Origin: an uncultured Gammaproteobacteria bacterium | GTDB taxonomy: Bacteria > Patescibacteriota > Patescibacteriia > JACQRZ01 | Reading direction: 5' to 3' | DNA: 64,000 nucleotides | Assembly: GCA_964621085.1 (NCBI GenBank) | Contig: CAZUKY010000004.1 | Coordinates: forward strand, 1,266-65,265 | Shown: positions 1-10,563 of the stretch, in pieces | How positions within the stretch are numbered: position 1 is the first letter of the stretch | Layout of the letters: each line of letters starts with the position of its first letter | Notes under the pieces: model-generated | Told to the model about the DNA's origin: nothing | The model's database searches: none | The model's input: the letters and a program-made list of their open reading frames with translations, nothing else | Translations under genes and position numbers: made by a program

Positions 1-1049
1 AGCGAATTTGAATTTTCTGCGACTGCCAATACTTCATCGAAATCTTTGCGGAGAGCCGTGAGTTGGGCGAATACTTTTTTTGCAGTCTCCCTGTCTATCG
101 TTACAGCGCACCCTCCGATCACGGCAACGCCTCGCAAAAACCGGCTGCCGGTAAGACTCTCATTAAGACGCATAATGACTTCGCGCATTCGCGCTCCATT
201 GCTCCCGCCAAAATTATATCCCGTGTCGATCATGATCGCGCCGATATCTCCAAGATGATTTGCGAGTCGTTCAAGCTCTGAAAACACCACGCGAAGCGAC
301 TGCGCATGATCATCGACAGACGTGGAGCTGAGTTCTTCGATCGCCTGACAAAAAGCAAGCGCATGGGCAAACGAACTATCCCCCGATATTCGTTCTGCTA
401 ATCGAACCTTTTCTTCAAGAGGAAGCACTTCGAACAATTTTTCTGTCCCTTTATGCGAGTATCCCAGTCGCGGCTCAAGATACATAATCTCTTCGCCCGC
501 CACACTAAATCGGAAATGTCCTGGCTCAATAATGCCGGCGTGAACGGGACCAACGGGTATTTCATAGATCCCCTCTCCGGTCACCGTATGAAATTCAAAT
601 ACTTCCTTTGCCTGCGGCGGCCGCGCATCCCATGCAACGTCTTTTCTCAAAGGAAATATATTTTTTGGCCAATTTTCATGAAGGATGAGCGAGCGAAGTT
701 CGGGATGTCCCACAGGAATAAGACCAAAAAACGTCGCGATCTTGCGCTCGAAAATCGATGCCTGGTGCATCCATGGCGTCAGTGATGGAAATTCACCATC
801 TGTCTGAATGCTTATGGCGACAAAGATTTTTTCTTCTGGTACAGCAAATATCGCGCAGAGACGAAACAGCTTTGTCTCCTCGCGTTCATCAAGCGCCGTG
901 ATCATTTTCAACTCATGTCCTGCCTCGTGAAACGAACGACATGTCTGTACATAGTCCTGGCAATCGACCTCAGCAAAAACACATGTGCCGTAGCGTGTGA
1001 GCGCTGTATTTGAGGGAAAGAGTGTGCTGTACGCGTTCGATTGGCGCAT
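1..1049 (-). CDS. Group-4 [NiFe]-hydrogenase large-subunit homologue (HycE/HyfG/NuoD-like), 5' part only; the gene runs off the window start. The N-terminal Ni-Fe CxxC motif is replaced (RISGDSS instead of RxCGxC).
   Basis: My reverse-complement translation from the ATG at 1047-1049 reads MRQSNAYSTLF...IPVGPVHAGIIEPGHFRFSVAGEEIMYLEPRLGYSHKGTEKLFE...ERISGDSSFAHALAFCQAIE. The GPVHAGIIEPGHFRF and RLGYxHKGxEK motifs are typical of HycE/HyfG/EchE. There are 4 nt to the upstream gene's stop. Confidence 0.7.
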   Translation of the reverse strand, partial: MRQSNAYSTLFPSNTALTRYGTCVFAEVDCQDYVQTCRSFHEAGHELKMITALDEREETKLFRLCAIFAVPEEKIFVAISIQTDGEFPSLTPWMHQASIFERKIATFFGLIPVGHPELRSLILHENWPKNIFPLRKDVAWDARPPQAKEVFEFHTVTGEGIYEIPVGPVHAGIIEPGHFRFSVAGEEIMYLEPRLGYSHKGTEKLFEVLPLEEKVRLAERISGDSSFAHALAFCQAIEELSSTSVDDHAQSLRVVFSELERLANHLGDIGAIMIDTGYNFGGSNGARMREVIMRLNESLTGSRFLRGVAVIGGCAVTIDRETAKKVFAQLTALRKDFDEVLAVAENSNS

Positions 1050-1053
1050 AATA

Positions 1054-2502
1054 TTACTGATAAAGCGCGGCCGCAAAAAGAAGCTCTTTCATTACGAGCG
1101 GCATATGAATGCTTAAAAGAATCAATACAACAGCAAGAATCGCAGCCGGAACGGTGGTGAATAGATTTATTTCGCCGGTGCGCACCTCTTCAGATGGCGT
1201 TCCAAACATCATAGCAGTTACGTGTCTGAAAAAGCCGGTAAAGACTAAAACAAGCAACGCAAGGATGGCGACAGCAAGATACGGGGAGTACTCAAATGCA
1301 CTCGCCAGTATCATGAATTTTGTCAGAAATATGCCAAAAGGCGGAACGCCGGTGATCGACAAGAATCCGATAAACAAGAGAACGCTTGTCATCGGCAGTG
1401 TGGAGAAAAGACCCTTTATATGCTGAATTTTTGTCGTGCCATATTTCAGAAAAACATTTCCTGCCGTAAAAAAGAGCAGCGCTTTTGTAAGAGAGTGGTA
1501 GATCATATGAAGCACGGCTGCCAGCGCACCGACTCCGCCAATGCCAAATCCAATGGCGAGCAAACCCATGTGCTCAATGCTTGAGTAGGCAAAAAGGCGC
1601 TTGTATTTTTTTTGTGTAAAAATGATGAATGCCGACACGATCAGTGAAATAGTTCCGAATAGTAACAATAGATGCTGGCTGAATGATGGTTCAACGACAC
1701 TATCCGTAATCGCCTTAAATCGCACTATAGCTAAAAATGCGACATTCAGAAGCGTTCCCGAAAGAAGCGCACTTACCGGCGACGGCGCCTTGCTGTGCGC
1801 ATCGGGAAGCCAGGTATGCATTGGCGCGAGACCCATCTTTGTGCCAAATCCTATAAGAACAAAGATGAATCCGATTTGTGTCATAAGCGGATTGAGCGTT
1901 GAAGCGACAGCGGCCAATGAGTCCCATGTAACAAAAGTCTGGCTATGCATGAGTGACGGCGCTGCAAAAAAGAGCAGCATGCCAAAGTATCCCAGGAGAA
2001 GGCCGATCGAGTTAATGAGTAAATACTTCCATGCAGCCTCGGTTGCAGACGGTTTATTGTAAAAGCTCACAAGGAACAATGTTGAAATGGTTGTTGCTTC
2101 AAGCGCAATCCACATAATCACCGGACTGGCCGACGACACGCTCACAAGCATTGCACCGATAAAAATGTGCAAGAGTACAAAGTATTCGCGCACGCGCCGA
2201 AATCCAATAATTTCCTTGCGCACCTCTTCTCGCAGATAGCCGATCGAGTACAGCGAGGCAGCACACCCAATGGCGCCGATGATCGAGAGCACGATAATGC
2301 CCAGCGAATCGAGAGCAAAATATCCGAACGAAAGAGTGTTTTCCTTTTCCAAAAAAGCACGGACAAGAAACACGCCGGCAACGCCTTCAACGATGCACGC
2401 ACATACGGCGATATACTCAAGCGCGCGAATGTTTCCTTTCCGCGGGAGAAGCGAGAGCAGTGCCGCTAGAAATGGTGTTGAAAGAAGATATGCAAGCGAC
2501 AT
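1054..2502 (-). CDS. NuoN/HyfF-like proton-pumping antiporter-type membrane subunit
   Basis: 482 aa and polytopic. It carries the motif WLPDAHSKAPSPVSALLSGTLLNVAFLAI that is characteristic of NuoL/M/N/MrpD/HyfF. Stop is TAA. Confidence 0.75.
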   Translation of the reverse strand: MSLAYLLSTPFLAALLSLLPRKGNIRALEYIAVCACIVEGVAGVFLVRAFLEKENTLSFGYFALDSLGIIVLSIIGAIGCAASLYSIGYLREEVRKEIIGFRRVREYFVLLHIFIGAMLVSVSSASPVIMWIALEATTISTLFLVSFYNKPSATEAAWKYLLINSIGLLLGYFGMLLFFAAPSLMHSQTFVTWDSLAAVASTLNPLMTQIGFIFVLIGFGTKMGLAPMHTWLPDAHSKAPSPVSALLSGTLLNVAFLAIVRFKAITDSVVEPSFSQHLLLLFGTISLIVSAFIIFTQKKYKRLFAYSSIEHMGLLAIGFGIGGVGALAAVLHMIYHSLTKALLFFTAGNVFLKYGTTKIQHIKGLFSTLPMTSVLLFIGFLSITGVPPFGIFLTKFMILASAFEYSPYLAVAILALLVLVFTGFFRHVTAMMFGTPSEEVRTGEINLFTTVPAAILAVVLILLSIHMPLVMKELLFAAALYQ

Positions 2503-2506
2503 AGAT

Positions 2507-3163
2507 CTAATCAGTGAGCTTCTTCATCGCAGCCGTATCGAGCGAGTGGAAGTGACGCATCATAATGGTCGCGAGAACGGATGCGATAATGACCCATATG
2601 AATATGTTCGTTGTGATGCCGAGCTGAAATGCTGAATTTTGCTCAAGGCCGGCAAGGAGCGCAAAGAGTACGATCGTATTTTCAAGCGAGAGGATGCCGA
2701 TCATCTGCGAACCGGCGCCGCGGCGATTGACAATGAGAAAGATCGACATAAGAATCGTTGCAAGTGACAGAACAATCATGTCGGCGTTCGCGGGACTCAG
2801 GAGTGCAAGTTCTCCAAAAATAGTCATTCTCGTAAATGCCACCAAACCCGTAAGAATGAGGAGTGTTAAAGGCAGCGAGCATACCGTCTCCGCTAAAAAA
2901 GTGAGGTTGTATTTCTTGACCAAGTCAAGGAAAAAATACGGCGCAGCAACAACTTTAACGCCAATACTTGCCACGAGGGCAATGACAAGAAGTGCTGTAA
3001 AACTGCCTACCGACGAAAGAATCAGGGCGAGCACTACTGCGATCGACTGCACCATGTAGACATAAATAGCCGTCGAACTCTTTTTTACAAGATGAAGTGC
3101 GACAACTGTAAGAAATACGAATGGAACAAGCAGTGACAGAAGTGAGTATGGAAAAACGGTCAT
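2507..3163 (-). CDS. Small hydrophobic membrane subunit (HyfE/HycC-region-like) of the hyf-like operon
   Basis: The ORF track gives 2507-3286 from an alternative start. The ATG at 3161-3163 (MTVFPYSLLSLLVPFVF...) lies 5 nt after the upstream stop and gives about 218 aa of almost pure TM helices. Confidence 0.5.
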   Translation of the reverse strand: MTVFPYSLLSLLVPFVFLTVVALHLVKKSSTAIYVYMVQSIAVVLALILSSVGSFTALLVIALVASIGVKVVAAPYFFLDLVKKYNLTFLAETVCSLPLTLLILTGLVAFTRMTIFGELALLSPANADMIVLSLATILMSIFLIVNRRGAGSQMIGILSLENTIVLFALLAGLEQNSAFQLGITTNIFIWVIIASVLATIMMRHFHSLDTAAMKKLTD

Positions 3164-3168
3164 ACGAG

Positions 3169-4098
3169 CTACAAAATAAAACCGAGGGCGACAACACTGA
3201 GAACACATGAGGTAAATAACAGGTCGGGCAGTTGAAAAATGCGTAATTTTGCTATGCTGGACTCGATCAAAGCCACAACGAAACATCCGGTAACGAGCTT
3301 CCCAAGAAGAATGCCGAATGCACTGAGTATGCCAAGCACATTGATGTCATGCGCTATTCCCCATGGGAAAAAAAGCTGCACGCCGAGTCCCAAAAAAAGT
3401 GCGTACTTATTCGCCGCCGCCCACTCAATAAGCGCAAGACGTTTTCCTGAATATTCCAAGATCATCGCCTCGTGAATCATCGTTAACTCAAGGTGTGTTG
3501 CAGGGTTATCGAATGGGTACCGGCTTGTTTCTGCCAAGAGTGCAATACCAAAACCCATGCCCGCAAGAACGACCGGCACTGCGTACGCAAGCGGCATGGC
3601 GGCCAGCGTTTGGGCGATCTGAGAAAGGTTTGTCGTGCCTGTTACGAGTGCGAGAACAAACAATGAGAGCACGAGTCCCCCCTCCGCTAATGATGCGACC
3701 ATCATTTCGCGACTCGCGCCAAAACCGCCAAAACCTGAACCACTATCAATGCCTGCGAGCGCTAGAAAGAACGTTCCAAAGGCAAAGAGATACACGACGG
3801 TCAGAAAATCCCCAGTAAGAGCGGTACGCGTGGCGTATGTCAGAAGCGGAACGCTTGCCGCAATGGCAAGTGTTGTCGCGAAAATAACAAAAGGCGCCCA
3901 ACGAAAAATCCATGATGCGTCAGTGCTCATGACCTCATCTTTCTGGAACAATTTCCAAAAATCGCGATACGGCTGAATGACTGATGCGCCTTGGCGATTT
4001 TGGAAAAATGCCTTTACCTTTCTCGTAATACCAATAAGTAGCGGGGCTACTGCCGGCACAAGAAGTATTTGAAGAATCCACGGAAGAGCCATTGTCAT
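3169..4098 (-). CDS. NuoH/HycD-like membrane subunit (formate hydrogenlyase subunit 4 family)
   Basis: 309 aa with N-terminus MTMALPWILQILLVPAVAPLLIGITRKVKAFFQNRQGASVIQPYRDFWKLFQKDEV, a typical NuoH/HycD/HyfC signature. Polytopic. Confidence 0.7.
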   Translation of the reverse strand: MTMALPWILQILLVPAVAPLLIGITRKVKAFFQNRQGASVIQPYRDFWKLFQKDEVMSTDASWIFRWAPFVIFATTLAIAASVPLLTYATRTALTGDFLTVVYLFAFGTFFLALAGIDSGSGFGGFGASREMMVASLAEGGLVLSLFVLALVTGTTNLSQIAQTLAAMPLAYAVPVVLAGMGFGIALLAETSRYPFDNPATHLELTMIHEAMILEYSGKRLALIEWAAANKYALFLGLGVQLFFPWGIAHDINVLGILSAFGILLGKLVTGCFVVALIESSIAKLRIFQLPDLLFTSCVLSVVALGFIL

Positions 4099-5852
4099 AG
4101 CACAAATGCAAGAGCCACTAAAAGAAGCAAAAGGATTACAAACATGTACGAGATATACGCATTGACGCTGCCGCTTTGTATTTTCTTCACAAAGCCGGAC
4201 ATGTTGGCAATAATTTCATACAATCCCTTGACGAGCGTCGACTGATAGACGTCCTTCATGCCAAGCTTCACTTCAGTAAACTTTGGAAAGTAATGGCGCA
4301 CGTCGTCGTAATAATCAACTCGTCGCACGACAACGGGAAACAGAAAACGCTTAAACACCGTGATCAAGGAGCGTGAAAAGCCCGTTGCTGTAATTTCCAT
4401 TCGTGGCGTAAGATCGACGCCGCAATCCCACGTGCGTCCAAATCGAATGCGGCTTTGGGAAGAAATAATGCGGACCATATAATAGATGCCGCCAAGGGCA
4501 ACAACCAGTGCAATGAAAATGGCGGGCGTTGAAAGTGCTGCAAAGCCGGCATCAATATTCCACGCAGATGCAGTCACGCCAGCCCTTAAGGGGACAAACT
4601 GCTGAAGCGATTGGGCGATCCGTTGAAGGAATGGGGTTATTGAACCGGCGGAAAGTCCCGCAATCAACGTAAGCGCTGCAAGAAACGCCATACTCAGGAC
4701 CTGCGATGCTGAGGACTCGCGGGCGTGCTGCGCTTCGTCGCTCCGCGGACGAGCCAAAAACGTAACGCCAAATGCCTTTACAAAGCACGCGGCAGCCAAA
4801 CCGCCAGTAAATGCCAATGCTCCTATCGCGAGTATAAAGACAATCTTTGTTCCCACAAAAAATGTCTCATTCACCGCAAAGAGCGATTGGAATGTCAACC
4901 ATTCGCTCACAAAACCATTGAACGGGGGAAGCGCTGAAATCGCCATTGAACCAACAAGAAAGAAAAACGCCGTAAGGGGCATTCCCTTAATTAATCCTCC
5001 GTACTCTTCAATATTCCGCGTATGCGTCTGATTGATGACAGATCCTGCACCGAGGAATAAAAGCGCCTTGAAGATCGCGTGATTCAATGTATGAAAAAGG
5101 CATGCGATGATGCCAATAGTTGCAGCTTCATTCATGCCAGCCGAGAGAAACACCAACGAACTTCCCATGCCCAGTAAGATAATGCCGATATTTTCAATAC
5201 TATGATAGGCAAGGAGTCTTTTGATATCATGTTCCGCAAGCGCATACAGCACGCCAAGTAATGATGAAATCGAACCAAGAACAAGCACGGTACCGCCGAT
5301 CCACTGAGGAGTTGCAGGGAAAAAATCAAATAAAATGCGTACAAGCATGTAAATCCCGGTTTTGATCATCACCCCGGACATGAGCGCAGAGACGTGTGAT
5401 GGGGCAGCCGGATGAGCACTTGGAAGCCAGATATGCAGCGGAATGACGCCAGCCTTTGTTCCGAACCCGATCAGGACGCACGCAACTATGAGAATCTGCG
5501 TGAGGAGGGGCGCTGTGCCAAGCGATGCTTGTATCGTGTCAAAGTCAAATGAACCCGTTGCGCGATATATGAGCAAAAAAGCTGCGACGATAAATGCGGT
5601 TCCGATATGTGTCATGATGAAGTACAACGTGCCCGCTTTTACGTTTTCTTCTTCGCGACTTTCATAGACAACCAAAAAGTACGACGCGAGCGACATGAGC
5701 TCCCAGACAATCAAGAAGAAAAGCGCATGATGGGCAGTAACAACCAAAATCATGCTTGCGATAAAAAGGTGATAGAAGAAATTGAGGACACCGATATTTG
5801 CTTTTCCAAAATAGTGTTGTGCGTACCCAAAAGCATAGATTGAACACGGCAA
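4095..5852 (-). CDS. NuoL/HyfB/HycC-like antiporter-type membrane subunit. This is the ORF downstream of an in-frame TGA; see the next feature.
   Basis: 585 aa with the motif WLPSAHPAAPSHVSALMSGVMIKTGIYMLVR. The ORF-track start is TTG. The frame stays open upstream to a TGA at about 6027-6029. Confidence 0.65.
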   Translation of the reverse strand: MPCSIYAFGYAQHYFGKANIGVLNFFYHLFIASMILVVTAHHALFFLIVWELMSLASYFLVVYESREEENVKAGTLYFIMTHIGTAFIVAAFLLIYRATGSFDFDTIQASLGTAPLLTQILIVACVLIGFGTKAGVIPLHIWLPSAHPAAPSHVSALMSGVMIKTGIYMLVRILFDFFPATPQWIGGTVLVLGSISSLLGVLYALAEHDIKRLLAYHSIENIGIILLGMGSSLVFLSAGMNEAATIGIIACLFHTLNHAIFKALLFLGAGSVINQTHTRNIEEYGGLIKGMPLTAFFFLVGSMAISALPPFNGFVSEWLTFQSLFAVNETFFVGTKIVFILAIGALAFTGGLAAACFVKAFGVTFLARPRSDEAQHARESSASQVLSMAFLAALTLIAGLSAGSITPFLQRIAQSLQQFVPLRAGVTASAWNIDAGFAALSTPAIFIALVVALGGIYYMVRIISSQSRIRFGRTWDCGVDLTPRMEITATGFSRSLITVFKRFLFPVVVRRVDYYDDVRHYFPKFTEVKLGMKDVYQSTLVKGLYEIIANMSGFVKKIQSGSVNAYISYMFVILLLLLVALAFVL

Positions 5853-6140
5853 GGCAATGAGCGAAATAAGAAAAACAAAAAACGACGATAATGCATCGAC
5901 GTGAATGCTGTAAGAAAGAAGCGGCAGTGTTGACGGCAGATTGACAGCTACTGCCGAACCAGTGAAAAGGAGCAGGGCCGAGAAAACAATGCCATAACAC
6001 GAGCCGAGAATGGCAATCGCGCTACCTCAAAACCGCGCTGCGGCGTCGTCCTTCTGAAAAAGGAGCGACCCAAGGGCGCCAATCACAAAAATACCGAGGA
6101 GGGTAAAATAGCTCTGCGATGAGACAAACGCGTCAAACAT
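5853..6140 (-). pseudogene. N-terminal segment of the hyfB-like gene, separated from the body by an in-frame TGA (possible pseudogene, sequencing error or read-through).
   Basis: ATG at 6138-6140, 5 nt after the upstream stop. Translation is MFDAFVSSQSYFTLLGIFVIGALGSLLFQKDDAAARF*GSAIAILGSCYGIVFSALLLFTGSAVAVNLPSTLPLLSYSIHVDALSSFFVFLISLIALPCSIYAFGY, continuous with the 4095-5852 ORF. It aligns to the HyfB N-terminal TM region (…DSLSAFMVLVISLL…). Confidence 0.5.
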
Positions 6141-6144
6141 ATAC

Positions 6145-6663
6145 TTAGGAGCGCTTCTGCCTTGTCTCAATATCACCCAAAATCTGATAGAGAGCGCTTA
6201 TGATTTGCGAGGGCGTCGGCGGATCTCCCGGAATGCCGTATTGTACGGGAACAACAGCAGCTGCGCCATCCATTACCGCATATGATCCCTTAAAAATCCC
6301 ACCGTCAATCGCATCGTCGCCAAGCGCAACTACGATTTTTGGCTCTGGTGTTGCATCGACCGTTCTTCTGAGTGCTTCTGCCATATTGCGGCTTACCGGG
6401 CCGGTGACGATGACCATATCCGCGTGCCGCGGCGAGGCGACAAAGTGTATGCCAAAACGCTCCACATCATAGTATGGATTGCCGAGTGCGACGAGCTCCT
6501 GCTCGCATGCGTTCGTCGAACCTGCCGTTACGACGCGTATTGCAAGCGAACCATTAAAAAGTTTTTTTATTTTTTTCTGAATTTTTGGACCGAGTTCAAC
6601 AACATGCGCCTGCGCGTCGGGTACCGCGCGCTGCACATGCGTAGAAAGAATTTTTGTATACAT
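6145..6663 (-). CDS. NuoB/HycG-like 'hydrogenase small subunit' homologue with 3 of the 4 [4Fe-4S]-ligating cysteines lost
   Basis: 172 aa. RFGIHFVASPRHADMVIVTGPVSRN and PEPKIVVALG match HycG/NuoB. The cysteine positions read GSTNACEQE (vs GSCNGCDIE), ALGDDAIDGG (vs IGACPTGG) and IPGDPPTP (vs VPGCPPRP). I verified this codon by codon. Confidence 0.75.
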   Translation of the reverse strand: MYTKILSTHVQRAVPDAQAHVVELGPKIQKKIKKLFNGSLAIRVVTAGSTNACEQELVALGNPYYDVERFGIHFVASPRHADMVIVTGPVSRNMAEALRRTVDATPEPKIVVALGDDAIDGGIFKGSYAVMDGAAAVVPVQYGIPGDPPTPSQIISALYQILGDIETRQKRS

Positions 6664-6742
6664 ACCAGAAGACCAACTGGCTTACTCTGACCTCAATTTC
6701 GTCAATAGTGAACATGGTAACACGAACAAAAAAACACGCAAG

Positions 6743-6771
6743 AGTATGTAAATATAATCTTTTTTTGTCAA
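6743..6771 (-). promoter_or_regulatory. Sigma70-type promoter of the hyf-like operon (-35 TTGACA, 17-nt spacer, -10 CATACT)
   Basis: On the minus strand I read TTGACAaaaaaagattatatttaCATACT, about 75 nt upstream of the small-subunit start. Confidence 0.45.
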
Positions 6772-6831
6772 TGTATTTCGATGCAAATTGATCTGCCTGC
6801 TCTGTGAGGGAGCCCCAGAGACATATCAGTA

Positions 6832-7650
6832 CTACTTCCGATATACTTCGATCATAGCGGTTGTACGTTTTCCCAAGGGACGGTGGATGCCGGACTCATA
6901 GTTGTGGAGCGCGCGCTCGAGCAGAGCGGCTGCATACCGATACCCCTCCCCTTTGCGGGTGCCCGGATCATTGGTGATAAACTCATGTGTTGCCGGATCG
7001 TATCCGCGTACGACAAGCATGTGGCGTTCAGGTCCGGGCGGCGTGTAGTTCGGGTTTTTCAGGATGCGACCATTGAGGGGTACGATCACAATCGCCCCCT
7101 CGCCCAGCGCATCAATAATATCCTGCACGTCGATATCTTTTTTTACCGACAGGCGGTCATGTTTGTAATACTCACGCATGAGCACGGCCGTATCCTCGGC
7201 TGAGGTGTCCTGATAGTACCCGCGCGTCTTTTCCTGATATGCCGAGAGTTTACGCAGTTCGGCCTCCTGCTCTGCCAGACTCATGGAACGCCCGCTAAGC
7301 CACAGATGTGCCATGATTAGTGAGGCTTCCTCGCACCCGTCCTGAAACCGCGGCTCGCTCCACTTGCCAAACGGCGCCTGCACGACAAACGGCACGGCAA
7401 TATCAATGAGTCTGGGTTTTTGCGGCATTTCGGGGACAGAAACTGGCACCTCCTCCCCGTCGCGACTCTTGCCTTTATCGCTATCTCCAACAGTTTTCTC
7501 GGATTTTTCATCCGATTCTGAAGGTTGCTCAACGGCAAACGGCGCATCGCGAAACGGAGACGTCCGCGGGTAGATTCCGTAGACGATCGCAATCGCTGCT
7601 CCGGTCGCAAACCCGATGAGCGTTAGCAGTATTGCCAAGAAAAGCTTCAT
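6832..7650 (-). CDS. Membrane-anchored C39-like (Peptidase_C39_2-type) cysteine peptidase domain protein
   Basis: 272 aa. It has an N-terminal TM helix, an acidic linker, then QDGCEEASLIMAHLWL (candidate catalytic Cys) and HMLVVRGYD (candidate His/Asp). Confidence 0.45.
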   Translation of the reverse strand: MKLFLAILLTLIGFATGAAIAIVYGIYPRTSPFRDAPFAVEQPSESDEKSEKTVGDSDKGKSRDGEEVPVSVPEMPQKPRLIDIAVPFVVQAPFGKWSEPRFQDGCEEASLIMAHLWLSGRSMSLAEQEAELRKLSAYQEKTRGYYQDTSAEDTAVLMREYYKHDRLSVKKDIDVQDIIDALGEGAIVIVPLNGRILKNPNYTPPGPERHMLVVRGYDPATHEFITNDPGTRKGEGYRYAAALLERALHNYESGIHRPLGKRTTAMIEVYRK

Positions 7651-7723
7651 ATTTCTTTATTCTTTGAAGAATGAAGCTATCACAAAGATCGGCACCGCGC
7701 AACCGTCTCTCTGCGAATCTCAT

Positions 7724-8557
7724 CTATCGCGCCAGCAGCGAGATGCCAAGGGCCGTCAATCCGAAAAAAATCGCCTTCTCGCCGATGTGGCGCTCATGAA
7801 AATGCGCTGCGCCGGCGATAATACTCCATCCCAACGATGATGCGCGCTGCACAGCGACCAGTACCGATGCGGGAGCAAACAGATACGCAAAACTGCCGAT
7901 TAGCGTTCCAAGACCGCAGGCAGCCGCCTCTCCCATAATACGCCGGGAGCGAAGCAGTCGTAACGGGTTTTCCTTCATTTTTGAAACGGCGTGCCAGAAA
8001 AAATACGGCAATATAAGCGCATGCGCCAACAATTGCTCTGCAGCGACCGAGTTATAGTGAGTGATGTCATACTTGTACAGCGATATAGTAACTGCAGAGA
8101 TGACTGTCGATGCAAGGGCAAATCCGAGACCCTTACGCGTAAGCGACCCGCGCGCCGTCAGAATAGTCAGCGCAAACATGATCGTCACGATTCCGATCAG
8201 CTGCCACGTGGAAAAATGCTGACCCAGTACTACATCAATCCCAAGCACCAGCGGAATCGTCATAACGCGCATGAATGAAAACGTACTCCGATCTGCGCGA
8301 ACGATCGCCGTGATCGTGATATGGGTGAGAATAATCTCGATGATGACGCGCGACAGAAAGATCGGCAGCGACGCGAGCGAAAAGTGCCACGTAGCGCCGG
8401 CAACCACGCTGACTGCAAGAAAAAACATCCCCCATAATCCGGTCAGAAATGCGCGAGTTGACACGCTCTCCAGATGCTTCTGAATAGATTCCTTAGCACT
8501 AGAAGTGGAGAGTTCGGCAAAAAAAGTTGAAATGATAACAAGAAAAACGCCGATCAC
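7724..8557 (-). CDS. Polytopic membrane protein (DMT/EamA-like?). The start is uncertain.
   Basis: 277 aa with roughly 8-10 TM helices and GTG as the ORF-track start. There is no room for a promoter between it and the atpC terminator, so the real start may be internal. Confidence 0.35.
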   Translation of the reverse strand: MIGVFLVIISTFFAELSTSSAKESIQKHLESVSTRAFLTGLWGMFFLAVSVVAGATWHFSLASLPIFLSRVIIEIILTHITITAIVRADRSTFSFMRVMTIPLVLGIDVVLGQHFSTWQLIGIVTIMFALTILTARGSLTRKGLGFALASTVISAVTISLYKYDITHYNSVAAEQLLAHALILPYFFWHAVSKMKENPLRLLRSRRIMGEAAACGLGTLIGSFAYLFAPASVLVAVQRASSLGWSIIAGAAHFHERHIGEKAIFFGLTALGISLLAR

Positions 8558-8572
8558 ACGAAATACAATAAA

Positions 8573-8600
8573 GAAGTGTCAGATGACACTCCTTTATTGT
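8573..8600 (-). terminator. Weak hairpin downstream of atpC
   Basis: agtgtc-agat-gacact stem-loop flanked by an A-run and a T-run. It is short and marginal. Confidence 0.25.
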
Positions 8601-8621
8601 ATCAAAAATGCATTAGAGCGC

Positions 8622-9038
8622 TTACTGCGCGCGGTGGCGATATTTTCTTGCTGCCTTGATGCGCGCAAGCTCTTTTTCCATCTTTGCCGCAATCAGGGCG
8701 TACTCTTCCTGATCCATGTGCTTTTCGCTCAACAGTTCCTGCGCTCGGGCGTGCGCCTCTTCTGCCCGTTCGAGGATGATCTCCTCGACGCGCTCGGCAG
8801 TATCGGCAAGGATCGTGACGCCGCCTGTGCGCACCTGCACCCATCCGCCGGAAACGGCCAAGGGAATCTCGGCACCGTCCTTCTTGGCCCGAATTTCACC
8901 AGCCTTCAAAATGCCGACGAGCGGCACGTGGTGGGGCAAAACCGTAATCTCGCCATCTGCCGTGGGCACGGTGACCTGATCCACCTCTTGGGACACCACC
9001 TCTCGCTCGGGCGTGATGATCTTGAGATTCATCGGCAT
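8622..9038 (-). CDS. atpC: F0F1 ATP synthase subunit epsilon
   Basis: 138 aa, MPMNLKIITPEREVV…, sitting at the 3' end of the operon. Confidence 0.85.
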   Translation of the reverse strand: MPMNLKIITPEREVVSQEVDQVTVPTADGEITVLPHHVPLVGILKAGEIRAKKDGAEIPLAVSGGWVQVRTGGVTILADTAERVEEIILERAEEAHARAQELLSEKHMDQEEYALIAAKMEKELARIKAARKYRHRAQ

Positions 9039-9060
9039 AAATAATTCAAATACGGATCAA

Positions 9061-10446
<1,386 letters not shown>

Positions 10447-10563
10447 TTATTCACATTTGTTTTTGATAATAAATGTCCATGATCCTCTAGACAAATTTAA
10501 CGGTTCTGCTATCGTACCTTTTCGTCCTAATCCGCAGCCATTTTCGAGGAGGAGTCGAGAAGC

